Numbered from the stretch's first letter, positions 33,501-44,106 are shown. The stretch: 53,405 nt of DNA from Trichomonas gallinae (GCA_008369845.1 MRSU01007699.1:1-53405); one strand, 5' to 3'. The notes: generated by a model not told the origin, from the letters alone. Translations and numbers: made by a program.

Positions 33501-36500
33501 TTATCGATACATATTACAACAACCAATATGAGTTTAAGACAATAGACAAGGCTTACGCGATGTTTATTTTGAATTATATTGTAAGAAGATTTACTGGTCA
33601 ATACGGACACTGGGATTCTAGCCAGGAAAAGATGCTATTCATGGCTCAGTTTATGAATAAAGACATTACGCCGCTTCTTGGCAACATTTCGATTGAAAAA
33701 TGGAAAAATCGGTACGAAGTTCTTCCGAAGCTTCTCGCGGACCATAAAGCAACGATGATGATGTTTGCGGAGAAGTTGGCATCAGTTAAAGCAACAAGAA
33801 CAGAAAATGAAGTAATTCCAAAATATTTAGTTCAAACACTCAATGAAACGATAGATCAGCACAAGAAGAAGGTTGTAGAACAAGTATCACTCACCAAACA
33901 AGGACTGCTAAACTTCGTTGCTCATCACAGACAATATATTGATGTTTGGGATCTCGCATATAACCATTTCAAGGTTATGTCACCGCAGGAATTCAACAAG
34001 AGCTATCACTCATTGATATATAATATCAAGAACGGCATAGCTAACGATTTAATTGTTCCGAATAATCTTATGCCTGATATTTATCCAAAATCGTACAAAT
34101 ATCCATCTCATCCCAAGGAAATGGTTGATATTAGAAAATGTGTGAAAGTTTATTTCAAGAATTTCGATTTTGATGATTGTGTCAAAGAATGCAAAGGCAC
34201 AACTCACGGATATTTCTTGTTCATATTCACTTATATGACGAGATACTTCAACAGCAACAAAGCCTTCGACTTCAGCATACTTGAAGATCGAGTTATTTGC
34301 GAATTAATGGGATTAAATTATCCAACAAACAAAATCAATGATGTTCTTGATAAACATTCAGCAGAAGACATCGAGATGAGGATAAAGTACATCATAGAAT
34401 CACAAGCTAACTTTGACAGAGTCTTCAACGACTTCAGCTCATTTGATTTCAACTTTTCTCTCGAGAAAGCAACATACAACTCTGTAGGAATTCCTTCCTA
34501 TTTAGATGGAGTTGTTCACGCGTTCAGCCAATCCTACTTCAAGTCCGCACACAGGGCAAAGAAGAAAGCTGAGCAACAAAAGTCAAAGAAGAAACACGTC
34601 GAAGAAGAACAAGAAGAAGAAGAGGAAGAAGAAATTTCATCTGACGACGATGACTTTTCGTACGAAATTAAGTCTACTGGATCATCCGCTGTATCTTCAT
34701 CATCACAAGAGGAAGAAGTGAAGCCGAAACCAAAGCCAGTCAACTTCAGCATCAAATCACAAGAACTCTCTATTAAGCCAAGCATCTCCGTCGAAACAAT
34801 TCATGCAACAACTACTTCACCACACAATAATGAAGAAGACATCACGAAATATCTCGGAATTGAATCAAGCAGTCCTGTTCACAAACCACGCCTGGTGCCA
34901 ATTGTTGTTAGCTCTGACTCGTCATCAGAATCAGAAAAACATGTTGACAATGAAACAACTAAAAAGACAAATAAATCAGAAACTCCAATTGTTGTTGATT
35001 CTGATTCATATTCGTATTATTATGACGAAGAACATGCTGACGTCGAAACTGAAACAACAGAAGATGCTCAGCAACCTCATAATGAAGAGAATCAAAATAC
35101 AATTCATGAAGAAAATGTCTATTTAGAAGAAGATCATCAACAAACTAATGAAGAAACTTCATCTAATGTAGAGAATCAAGATTCAATTCATGAAGAAAAT
35201 ATCAAAACTGTTGATGACCATCAGCAAATTAATGAAGAAAAGACCCAAGAGAATGAAGAGAAAGCTCAAGATCAACTAATTAATGAGGAATTGTCATCGC
35301 ACGAAGAAAAAATCAAAGAAGAAGATGAGCAACAACAAAATAATGAAGAAATGTCATCGCATGAAGAGGCTCAAAATCCTGCTCATGAAGATAGTATTCA
35401 ACAAATCACTGAAGAAACGACTCAAGAACAGCCAACAACTGAAGAAGTTCAGAATGAAGATCAAGCCAATGAAGAGTCAACTCAAGCAGAACAAGCAGCT
35501 GAGGAAGCTCTAAATTACGACCAGCAATTCAATGAAGAGTCAACAACAGCTGATGATCAACTGTATATTGATCATGAGCAACAATTCGCTGATGAAGAAA
35601 GTATAGCAAACACGCAAATCGATGAATCAACCGAGCAAAATCACGATGAAGAAAACCAAGAAGATAACTCTACTATTCAAGAATCTCATGAAGAGAGTCA
35701 TGTAGCAGAAGAACAGTTTGACGAAAACGAAACGAATCCAGAAAATCAGGCAACAGACCAACAAAACTTCACTGAAGATGTTTCCCAAATAAGTGAAGAA
35801 CCGCAAAGTTACATCGAAAATCATTTTGCTTCAAACGAAGAGACACATGAAACACTCACTGAAGCCAATGATTACGAAAACGTTTCTATTGATCAAGATC
35901 AGCAAGAAACAGCTGCAGACGAAAATCAAGAAGAATTTCAGCAGTATAATGGAAACCAAGAGGAAACGCAAAACGATCATGAGGTTGAAAATCAAGAAGA
36001 ATTTCAGCAGTATAATGGAAGCCAATATGAGGAACATCAGGAGAATGAAGTTGAAAATCAAGAGGATGTTCATCAATACAATGAAGAAGAAGAAGATAAG
36101 CCTGAAATTTTCTTTGTTGATACAGGATCTAACAACAGAGAAATATATGATCCACTATTGCTCGATACACAACAAGCTGACGAAAACGTTGAACATACAG
36201 AAGTGATTCAGAACGAAGTACAAACAAATGATGAGGAAAACAAACAAGAAACTTTCAATGAAGGATCGAATGATCAAGAAATCTTTGGAGACATTTCTAA
36301 CGCGGAAAATAAGCAAAATGAAGAAAATGAAAACCATGTTGTATTTACTGAACAACTTGACATTCCAATGGATAACTCTAGCACGCCGCTTTTCACATTC
36401 CAAAATCCATTAGATCAAGAAGAAACTCAAAATCAAATTGAAGATGCTCATAATGATGATGCTACATATGAACAAGAGCAGACTCAAAATGATGATGTTA

Positions 36501-37174
36501 CAAATGAACAAGAGCGGACTCAAAATGGTGAAGAAATTCAACAAAATGATGAATCAGTTGAACAGCAAAATCCAAATGTAAATGCCGAGAATAATGAAGT
36601 CCAAGTAACATACGAAGCTCCATTCGAAAATGAAGAATTCATAGACACGCATAATGAAGACGTTCAAAATCAGCAAAATGAAGAAAGTAATGATCAGAAC
36701 AAGCAGAATGAAAATGAAGAAGATAAGAATAGCTTTGAGATAGATTCTTTGTCTTCAGTGCAGAGAGAAGATTTTGAACTCAGTGAAGACAGAGTTGAAA
36801 GCCAAGATGAAGACAACTTCAGGCCAGAACAAAGACAAACAACAGAAGAAAGCGAACACTCTCAGCACGAAGGAGCATCAGTTGATGAGATATTGAGAAG
36901 GATTCAGATGAATTTCCAGAGCAATGACTTCAACAGCGACCAAATCGAGCATCCAGAGCCACTCAAAGAGGATGAAATCATTCAGAACCTCGAACATAAA
37001 GCAGTTGAAGAGCAAAATGAAGAAATTCCACAAAATAATTTACAGAATCAAGAGGAAAACAATGAACAACAGCAAAATTCATTTGCTGGCCAAGACAATT
37101 TCCAAAATTTACCAAATCAAGAAAACCAGATTGAAAACACCCAAAATCAGGAAAACAATTCTAATCCACAATGA
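30578..37174 (+). CDS. Large putative nuclear protein: ubiquitin-like + UBA + AT-hook + multiple Myb/SANT-like repeats + E/Q/N-rich tail
   Basis: N-terminal UBL-like fold (TTVYGVKVAI..LHIFKGSTELKD), UBA (LKNLGFPENQIDVALLYANNNIQHALELL), KRGRPGRPK and Myb-like EWLKEEDQILI..LPRRKPHACISRF and YTKQDNQLII..FPGRNARELIQHY. The C-terminal ~800 aa are acidic and low-complexity. Confidence 0.8.
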   Translation: MKINISAPYNQVLYVSTDNYTTVYGVKVAISNILRIAIQNLHIFKGSTELKDFQVCSACFPDKNAIVSCQVIESESKFKSINTQLPEKSYISFLKNLGFPENQIDVALLYANNNIQHALELLINRANVIIEKTTHEENPSYENETILSNFEIKQKEIEDKFNFANSNFSVIQSIESLSVPVDSSLNQQLIDAYASNQNSRKVWNDLREQFPQLSDISIKRSIFSMLDDIKHQREVNFKIPETLLKDPMFMRGQTSNTSEIIIPHPPKEVINIVELTENFIKSHRNIKDLQQNSFQNCSQSYLAYILYIIARKLMKLKVDEDWDFSEIRLLTEIMYPHLKNSFNATNIHKALSRSRSDENINNEKILIKFILLSSPVYSLIPQIITVPLEIKDPSYLDNGIPTYLDELLEKLSNNEKIIAVIENMNQFPPHQPIEPNLTENINTNNVANHAETNQQLTNTHQRAQSQPVPPKTATQPAPAANPPQPSTRQQSEPITEPQKQPETQNSPEAPPPPKRGRPGRPKIEWLKEEDQILIDVVCANNDRSAYNMASSMLPRRKPHACISRFKELTEKIINNEINYLRIPDNFLTCPNVMTATGRHDKTQSEPVNTNNNNSKPRELIKGEFTDQQLIDIIAQTMTNNEPDLDAAAALFESLTPYHLLSKWDEVCFDIKCNGRKDLKIPEKLQNYLKPFDGEYKYEFLKLPDEPINVSRLLEQYIMNNYDLNKTHDSFSEYSIGYIAYIIVYMLNKYNKRYKPEPTFKDWRPIEDRILLEMMYNDEPLKDYSRYNPSKTQRHIANRKLYISRLLSSKVYNLTNILQASKVFNMEDSQLNEDFVPKYLPNLVKAAKNNHVIDATKANDPQNFALKTIYTKQDNQLIINKVAENINDPNKFNLIAIYFPGRNARELIQHYKYLLEEYRKGNLNDLVIPDCLKNEFVPAQRSPPRPAPPPPAPSPPSPFNTQMQINFNDDRLEYRIIDTYYNNQYEFKTIDKAYAMFILNYIVRRFTGQYGHWDSSQEKMLFMAQFMNKDITPLLGNISIEKWKNRYEVLPKLLADHKATMMMFAEKLASVKATRTENEVIPKYLVQTLNETIDQHKKKVVEQVSLTKQGLLNFVAHHRQYIDVWDLAYNHFKVMSPQEFNKSYHSLIYNIKNGIANDLIVPNNLMPDIYPKSYKYPSHPKEMVDIRKCVKVYFKNFDFDDCVKECKGTTHGYFLFIFTYMTRYFNSNKAFDFSILEDRVICELMGLNYPTNKINDVLDKHSAEDIEMRIKYIIESQANFDRVFNDFSSFDFNFSLEKATYNSVGIPSYLDGVVHAFSQSYFKSAHRAKKKAEQQKSKKKHVEEEQEEEEEEEISSDDDDFSYEIKSTGSSAVSSSSQEEEVKPKPKPVNFSIKSQELSIKPSISVETIHATTTSPHNNEEDITKYLGIESSSPVHKPRLVPIVVSSDSSSESEKHVDNETTKKTNKSETPIVVDSDSYSYYYDEEHADVETETTEDAQQPHNEENQNTIHEENVYLEEDHQQTNEETSSNVENQDSIHEENIKTVDDHQQINEEKTQENEEKAQDQLINEELSSHEEKIKEEDEQQQNNEEMSSHEEAQNPAHEDSIQQITEETTQEQPTTEEVQNEDQANEESTQAEQAAEEALNYDQQFNEESTTADDQLYIDHEQQFADEESIANTQIDESTEQNHDEENQEDNSTIQESHEESHVAEEQFDENETNPENQATDQQNFTEDVSQISEEPQSYIENHFASNEETHETLTEANDYENVSIDQDQQETAADENQEEFQQYNGNQEETQNDHEVENQEEFQQYNGSQYEEHQENEVENQEDVHQYNEEEEDKPEIFFVDTGSNNREIYDPLLLDTQQADENVEHTEVIQNEVQTNDEENKQETFNEGSNDQEIFGDISNAENKQNEENENHVVFTEQLDIPMDNSSTPLFTFQNPLDQEETQNQIEDAHNDDATYEQEQTQNDDVTNEQERTQNGEEIQQNDESVEQQNPNVNAENNEVQVTYEAPFENEEFIDTHNEDVQNQQNEESNDQNKQNENEEDKNSFEIDSLSSVQREDFELSEDRVESQDEDNFRPEQRQTTEESEHSQHEGASVDEILRRIQMNFQSNDFNSDQIEHPEPLKEDEIIQNLEHKAVEEQNEEIPQNNLQNQEENNEQQQNSFAGQDNFQNLPNQENQIENTQNQENNSNPQ
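35921..36085 (+). repeat. Coding 66-bp tandem repeat (ENQEEFQQYNG...) x3
   Basis: GAAAATCAAGAAGAATTTCAGCAGTATAATGGAA at 35921 and 35987, with a diverged copy at 36053. Confidence 0.85.
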
Positions 37175-37419
37175 AATTTTTTGTTATTACTTTTCGAAAT
37201 CATCCAAAATGCGAGCCAAATATGAGTTTTAAAAGGAAGCCTGATCAAAACAACCTCGTTAATAATATCAAAATGAAAATTTCGCAAATTTAGATGATAA
37301 CGACGTCAGCAGTCAAAGCATATAAGAATTAATATATATATCTATTGTTATTTGTATATTTATGTAAATACTTTTTTTGTATTTTAGATAAAAACAATAA
37401 TTTATTAAACAAAACAAGC

Positions 37420-39198
37420 TTAGTAACCCATGTTACTAGTGTCCTCATCGAATGACTTCAAATTTTCATTATCTGGACCATCTGAGTCTTCAACAATTTT
37501 CTCTTGAACGTAGCCGATAGTACTTGGGTCAGAGACTTCCTCCCCTAAATCTTCACTGTCATTATCTTTGTTCTTTACGAGTCTCCAAAGGAAAAGCGCC
37601 ATGACAGCCAAAGCCAAAAGCGCAATGAAGCCTAAGATGAACAAAATAATGAACTGTAAGGCAGGCAGGCCACCAACCTCATGGCTCTGTTCGTTAACAG
37701 CGATAATAATAATTGTGATCGTCTCTGTATATGTTTTGAAGTATGTAACAATATTGGTGTAGAAATAAGTGTTTGTTTGCGTTCCATCCTTTGAAATATC
37801 TGTTTGAATCGTGGTATTTAGTAATGTTGGCACATTAACCTCTTTTTTGGTTTTTTGTGTCATAATTGCATTATCTGTGTGAGTTAATTCTGATGGGAGT
37901 TCAAAAGATTTCGAAAATGGCGTGAAATCCGATTTGGGTTTTGGATCTACTTTTCCTGGCTTATCTTCATCGTTCTTTTGCGGTGGCGGTCTGGTAACTT
38001 GTGTTGCTTGATAGGTATAAACTGTTGGAGAAGGAATATTTGCGGTTTTTGACTCTTTTGCGCCATTTCCTGGTGTTGGAATAAAGATAACAGCTGCGCT
38101 GGATGTTACTTTGGTAGGCTTACAGTTTGGATCGTCTCCTGAACGTGGGACCTTTGATATAGAAACATGATTATTTATCCAATATCTACTTCCTTCGCCA
38201 ACATAGTCTTGTGAGGCGTCCATTGTGTCCTTTATCGAATCCCATTTCGGTCTACCTTCGAATAAAATGTTGTGGCTTGGCGAAAGTCTGTCTACAGCAA
38301 AATCATAATTTATACCCATGTCAACGCTGTTATCTGTGAAGCAGCATTCTTGTGTTAAAAGTAAAACCTGAGTGTGTCCTATCTCATCACCAGCGGGGCT
38401 CTTTAAATCACCTGAAAGGAAGCAAATTGCGCCGCCGCCACGTGCTCGTAAACCTGTAACAACTGTATCGAATTTCTTATCTTTAATAGTTCCTGTTCTC
38501 TTTCTAATTGTATTTTTCTCGAATCTGCACTGAATGAAGTAAGTTTGAGAATTATAAGCTTGTACGGCTCCTCCTGTAAGTCTGGCAGTATTACTATTGA
38601 ATTTGCATGATAGAAAAGCAGCATCATTAACAACAGTCATTAAAACTGCACCGCCACTCTCTGCGCCATTATTATCAACGAAATTACAGTTTGTACATTG
38701 TAATGAATATACTGCTTTATCTTTACCCTGTACGTATAATGCTCCTGCGTATTTAAAAGCAGTATTCTTCGAGAAATCAGTGTGAGACATAATCATTTGA
38801 GTTAATATAAGCGCGATTGCACCTCCAACACCTGCGCAATTTGACTCAAATTTTGTATTATCGGAGATTTGTATGGAGGAATCAGCTGCATATACAGCTC
38901 CACCGCATACAATTGATGTTGAAACTCCAAAACCAACGTTATTTTGGAATGTGCAACCTTTAATCGATATTGCACAGTTTACAAACTCTTTCCTTGTTGC
39001 CGATTTATCGTTATTTAGTTTAAAATTAGCATCAGCTTTGAATGTATCATCAACCCATGTATTATTTGTTTCATTATTCTTCTGAAACTCAGGAGGACTG
39101 ACTTTGGCAATGACTTGGAATCCAAGACTCGACGAACAGCTACAACATGTAATGAAAACGAACATTAAAATTAAAATAAAATATTTAATAATTTTCAT
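37420..39198 (-). CDS. Polymorphic membrane protein-like (TvPmp) surface protein
   Basis: Repeated FxxN + GGA(I/V) motifs (FQNN..GGAV, FESN..GGAI, FVDN..GGAV, FNSN..GGAV, FEKN..GGAI), a signal peptide, a P/T-rich stalk, a C-terminal TM and an acidic tail. An alternative start is ATG 39165. Confidence 0.88.
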   Translation of the reverse strand: MKIIKYFILILMFVFITCCSCSSSLGFQVIAKVSPPEFQKNNETNNTWVDDTFKADANFKLNNDKSATRKEFVNCAISIKGCTFQNNVGFGVSTSIVCGGAVYAADSSIQISDNTKFESNCAGVGGAIALILTQMIMSHTDFSKNTAFKYAGALYVQGKDKAVYSLQCTNCNFVDNNGAESGGAVLMTVVNDAAFLSCKFNSNTARLTGGAVQAYNSQTYFIQCRFEKNTIRKRTGTIKDKKFDTVVTGLRARGGGAICFLSGDLKSPAGDEIGHTQVLLLTQECCFTDNSVDMGINYDFAVDRLSPSHNILFEGRPKWDSIKDTMDASQDYVGEGSRYWINNHVSISKVPRSGDDPNCKPTKVTSSAAVIFIPTPGNGAKESKTANIPSPTVYTYQATQVTRPPPQKNDEDKPGKVDPKPKSDFTPFSKSFELPSELTHTDNAIMTQKTKKEVNVPTLLNTTIQTDISKDGTQTNTYFYTNIVTYFKTYTETITIIIIAVNEQSHEVGGLPALQFIILFILGFIALLALAVMALFLWRLVKNKDNDSEDLGEEVSDPSTIGYVQEKIVEDSDGPDNENLKSFDEDTSNMGY

Positions 39199-40304
39199 AA
39201 GTTTACAAACACCAGATGTTTTTGAAACTCAACCAAAAAGCATATTTTTGTATTCCTAGTCTATAATTTATAAAATTTTATTTGAATGTAAAATAGAAAC
39301 AACATATTCACTATCAATAATATAAATATATCATTTCCGGTAAAAATATTTTTTGTGAAGGCACTCAAAAGAATTAAAATAATTTTAATCAATTTTATTT
39401 TAATTCGTAAGCATTTTATAGACATCGTTAAGACAGAATTTCATGTTTTTATCATTTTATCGGTATGTAAAATTTGCATAAAGAAGGGGGAGACACTAAA
39501 ATATTTTTCTCAATTTTCTAGATTTTTCAATCTAAAACAGTGTCTGACACCCTCTTAATTTTGAATCTATTCGCTCTCTTATTGTTTTCAAATTATAATA
39601 TTACAAAGAAACTATTTCTATAACATAATGAAAATCAATTTTCTATCGTCATTGATACATTTCAAATTTACTTATCAAAAACAAAGAATATATCAATTAT
39701 ATCTAAATTTTGAAATTTGAATGATTATTTACAGGCGAAGATGCATATGAAAAATGCTCAATAAATGATTATTCTCGTGTATATGATTATTTTCACTTTC
39801 AATTATTCTTAAATTTGAATTTATTAATCATGTTTTGATTGCTTTTTTTTGCACAATTAGTTGATGCAAATCGCTTTAATTCGTCGATGAATACAACAAA
39901 TTTCTTATAATTTATTCATTATGAGCTATAATCTTACGATTATAATACTCCAAATTCAAATGAAGTATGAATGTCGATAATTTTTACGGGTAGATGGTAA
40001 AAGGAACAGTTATGTAAAATGCATTATATTTTATTTGAGAACGATCATATTAAACCTTTAACAAGAATTCTTGTTTTGATATATGGATAATTCATTATGT
40101 CTATCGAAATTCTTCAATATATTTCGTGTACGTAATAATAGCATAGTTAGAGCATGGATATTAACTAAAGATAGAAAAAATTATAAAAATTAATTCAACA
40201 GGTTTTTAATAAGTAATAAAGATTATAAAGTTTGTGTGTCTACTGATATCAAATTAAACTAAAATTATTATCAAACAAATTCTAAATTAAATTAATAAAT
40301 TTTT

Positions 40305-41588
40305 CTAAACCATTCCTGTTATTTTCATTGATGGTTTGTACTGTGGTACAGTGATGCCAAGCTCTACAGGTACAGAGTCTTGCAATTTCTTGATAGAAGC
40401 GTTAAACTGATTATCAGTTCTTTCCAAGTTTTGTCTTTCAATTTCGATCTCCATCATTTGCTCTTCTTTCTCTCTCTGCCTTCTATCAGCGGCCTGCTTC
40501 ATCTGCATCGTCTTGTAGTACTCCCTCTCGCGCTTAGTCTGCTCGGCGTTGAACTTCTCTTCGTCAAAGTATTCGTCTCTCGTTGGAAAAGTTTTCTTCG
40601 TCCTGATTTTGTTCTTTGCTTCGTTTTCTTTCGCCAATGTCTGCCACTCCTTCTTCCTGTCCTCTTCCTGCTTCTTCCTCTTCTCTATCATCGCTGTGCG
40701 CTCTTTTTCTGCGTTGATTGCGGCTTGAGATTCTGCTTTTTCCTGAAAATCGTCGATTTTCTGATTCTGCTGAGCTAAAGCTTTGGCCTGCATTTCTACG
40801 ACAATAGCTCTGCGCTTTGTCTTCTCAAGGCGGACTTCTTCCTCACGTTTTGTGCGGGCTTCTTCGATTTCGGCCATACTTGCAGCCTGACGCTGTATTT
40901 CTTTCTCTTCTTCCTTCTGGCGGATGTGGCGAGTCTCTTTCATCTCTTGGAGCATCTGGTTACGCTTGAGAAAAACCTCACGAATTTCTTGGCGAACTTG
41001 CTTATCCTTTTCCTCCTTAAGAAGTTCCTTCATACGCTCATGTTCATTTGCACGCTTCATTGCTTCGACTTCCTGAAGCTCTTCTTGATGCTTTTTCTCT
41101 TGCTCTGCTTGATGAGCGCGTATTTGCTCTTCATAGTTTTCGCGGAGCTTCTGTTTATCACCCATGTGACGCTCTTCTTCCTTTTCAACAGCTTCTCTTG
41201 CAATTTTCAATTGATACGCTTCTTGTTCCTTTTCTTGCTCGCGCTTCTCACGGTTGTATTCCTTGAGAAGTGTGTTATATTCGATTTGTTTCTTGCGGAC
41301 ATTAATCGTTGTCTCGTAAATAAGACGCCTGCGATGGTCTTTAACTTTAGGAAGAGGCTTGTCGATAACAGGCTCCGGAGGCTGAAGTTCCTTTTGGTGG
41401 AGGACAGCTGTTGTGTTGATGGTTGTATTTAGAGGGAAATCGACTGATACGTATCTATCTCTTGTAGATTGCTTCGGAGGATGCGGCGGAAATTCGTATC
41501 CTTGGTCTGGGAAGAGATCCTCGTTGCCAAGGATATCAACCATCGTGTATCCGGAAGAGTAGGAATTGCGATATTTCTGCGTCCTCAT
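40305..41588 (-). CDS. Charged helical/coiled-coil protein (trichohyalin-like, possibly axonemal or cytoskeletal)
   Basis: 427 aa with an E/K/R/Q-rich helical body and a Pro-containing N-terminus. No catalytic motifs. Confidence 0.75.
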   Translation of the reverse strand: MRTQKYRNSYSSGYTMVDILGNEDLFPDQGYEFPPHPPKQSTRDRYVSVDFPLNTTINTTAVLHQKELQPPEPVIDKPLPKVKDHRRRLIYETTINVRKKQIEYNTLLKEYNREKREQEKEQEAYQLKIAREAVEKEEERHMGDKQKLRENYEEQIRAHQAEQEKKHQEELQEVEAMKRANEHERMKELLKEEKDKQVRQEIREVFLKRNQMLQEMKETRHIRQKEEEKEIQRQAASMAEIEEARTKREEEVRLEKTKRRAIVVEMQAKALAQQNQKIDDFQEKAESQAAINAEKERTAMIEKRKKQEEDRKKEWQTLAKENEAKNKIRTKKTFPTRDEYFDEEKFNAEQTKREREYYKTMQMKQAADRRQREKEEQMMEIEIERQNLERTDNQFNASIKKLQDSVPVELGITVPQYKPSMKITGMV

Positions 41589-42176
41589 CTTTCACTTTTT
41601 TGCTCGTTTTTTTGATTTTGAGTGTAACAAAATATTTTCGCCTAATTTCGATGTTTCTACAATCTACTAATCATAGATATCACTATTATCTTAAAATTTT
41701 TGTTTTTAGTTTAATTATTCCTAAGTCACGATGGCTTTACAATATAAAATATTTTACCAATAACTTATATTCGACTATTTGAATAGATATTTTTAAGGAT
41801 AATAGGTAAAAATCAAATGTTTATTTTCGAAAAAATTATATATGAAAAATAGCAATGATTAGTTTGGATTCTCATAATCTATATATACACAAATATATTT
41901 TATTATGCATTGGTCATTTTCTAGCAATTATTTTGAATCAAAAAATATATTAGTTTTTTCATGTCATCGCGATGGATTTTTGGCCTGTCCTTGACCACAA
42001 ATCGATGTTTGTAATGTGTTTAATATGACTTATAATTGAAATTAAATTCAACCTCAGATAAGTTATGCTTTAGCATGTAATCGGTGAATGCGATGGTATA
42101 CATAGTTTAAGCGTTATCAAAATCTAAAGTCCAACATGTAGATAGATACTTCATGAAAATTTTCTGACATCTTACT

Positions 42177-42181
42177 TCATT
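42177..42181 (+). promoter_or_regulatory. Inr element TCATT
   Basis: CTTCATTTTTCTTCG-ATG, ending 8 nt before ATG 42190. Confidence 0.65.
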
Positions 42182-42189
42182 TTTCTTCG

Positions 42190-43328
42190 ATGAGTGAAGA
42201 TAGACCTTTCATTTACATCCACATGATGACTGCATTGGATGGAAAGATCACTGGACCATTTTTCGATACAGAAGCAGCGAAAATTGTCGGAAAAGAATAC
42301 GAATGGACATCAGAAACTTACAAACCAGATGCTTCTCTTATTGGTCGTAAAACAGTCGATGAGAACTTTACAAATTTCGAAGTCCCGCAGGTAGATGAGA
42401 ATGATAAAGAATTCCCAGATGGAGATTTCGTCGCTGAGGATCATTTAAACTTGTACTTAGTTACCGTTGATCCATCAGGAAAGATAGCATGGAAGGAAAA
42501 CACGCTTCAATACGATGTTCGTCCCCCTGCACATCTTATTGAAGCTTTAACTGAGAAACAACACCACAGTACAGGATGTACTTGCGCAAAAAGAATATAT
42601 CATACGTAATTGCTGGAAAAACAGAAATTGATTGGAAACTTCTCATGAAGAAATTGAAATCTTTGTTCAACATCAATGTCTTGAGTGTTCAAGGCGGTGG
42701 AACAATTAACTGGAGCTTAATCAACGAGGGTATCGTAGATGAGCTCAGTATCACTCACACACCAATTGCTGATGGAAGCAATGATACAGTTACATTGTTT
42801 GAGCAGTCTCCGTACTTCCCAAAGGGAACCCCAGTCGAATTCAACCTTAAGGCTGTTGAAAAACTCGGCGCAGGAGGCCTCTGGCTCAGATACACTCCGA
42901 AATACGTTAAAAAGGAAGAGAAAGAGCGTCCATACTTGGGCCCATTCGATATTGGTACTCCAAACGTAGACCTTGCACAGTATTTCACTGGCCAATCTTA
43001 TCGCAAACTGTTATCTGATAATGGCTGCAAGATTTCCAACATTACATTCGAGCCAGGCTGCAGGAACAACTGGCATATTCACCACAACCAGCCACAGATT
43101 CTCCTCTGCACGAGCGGCTACGGCTGGTACCAAGAGGAAGGAAAAGATGCACAACCATTGAAACCGGGCGATGTTGTTAATATTCCTGCTGGTGTCAAGC
43201 ACTGGCACGGTGCAAGGAAGGACACATGGTTTGCACATCTTTCTATCTACCCTCCAGCACAAAATACAAAGACTGAATGGTTAGAACCTGTTTCCGATGA
43301 ACATTACAACAGTCTCGTCTATAAATGA
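42190..43328 (+). pseudogene. Bacterial-like RibD_C/DHFR-family reductase fused to a cupin, split by a single-base frameshift (pseudogene or sequence error)
   Basis: RPFIYIHMMTALDGKITG ... VQGGGTINWSLINEGIVDELS (RibD_C) is followed by NITFEPGCRNNWHIH..IPAGVKHWHGA..TEWLEPVSDEHY (cupin). Adding one base after GAGAAA (42558) gives a single 379-aa ORF reading ..EALTEK[x]TPQYRMYLRKKNISY.. Confidence 0.8.
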
Positions 43329-43519
43329 AATTATTAGTTCAATTGTACTGTATCGTTGCTATTTCAAATCGACTCGAATTTTTTAAACAATAATTTATGA
43401 AAAACATTTATTAATTTCATGAACAACTTTAAATATAGCTGTGATTCATATAGTTTAGCATATAGTAGAAGTTTTGTTATTTTACCCAGAATTCAGACTC
43501 TTTGTTGATCATATCAAAA

Positions 43520-43777
43520 ATTACATGATAATATCAAAAATTTATATGACAAATTCATTAAAAAAATAATTTTACGTGACAAAAATACAGAAATTTTGAT
43601 AGATTAACTTTTTACATGACAAAAACATTGAAAAATCTAATTTACATGACAAAAATAAAGGAATTGTCTATATTTATATGTCAGAAAATTTGAAAATTTG
43701 ACTATTTACGTGGCAGAAATATTTGAAAATTTATATTTTCTGACGGATAAGTCCGTATAAAAATATTTACATGACAA
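43520..43777 (+). repeat. Array of ~8 TTTAYRTG(A/T/G)CA motifs
   Basis: Copies anchored at about 43520, 43541, 43571, 43611, 43641, 43673, 43705 and 43766. Confidence 0.8.
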
Positions 43778-44106
43778 AATTTTAAACTTCCTTTCGCATC
43801 TAACTAATCTATTTTTCAAAATTTTCAAAAACCACTAGATAGTTATAGCTATATGTTTTAACATAATATAGAATATACTGTGTTTTATAATAAAATGCTA
43901 TGATGGTAGTAAATATTCTATGGATTTGGGTTGAAAAAGCAAGGAAAGTGAATGGGAGAATTTTGTCATTTGTCAGAAACAAAAAGCCACTTTTTATTAG
44001 AAACGCCCTGTCACGTTTTGAATATTTAAGGCAATATTCATAACATATTATAAGATATAATCATTACTAAACGAAAAATGCGATGGACCACTTTTTGTTA
44101 ATACAA

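Noticed and set aside
40380..41432. Hydrophobic plus-strand ORFs
   Set aside because: They are antisense shadows of the E/K/R-rich gene on the minus strand.
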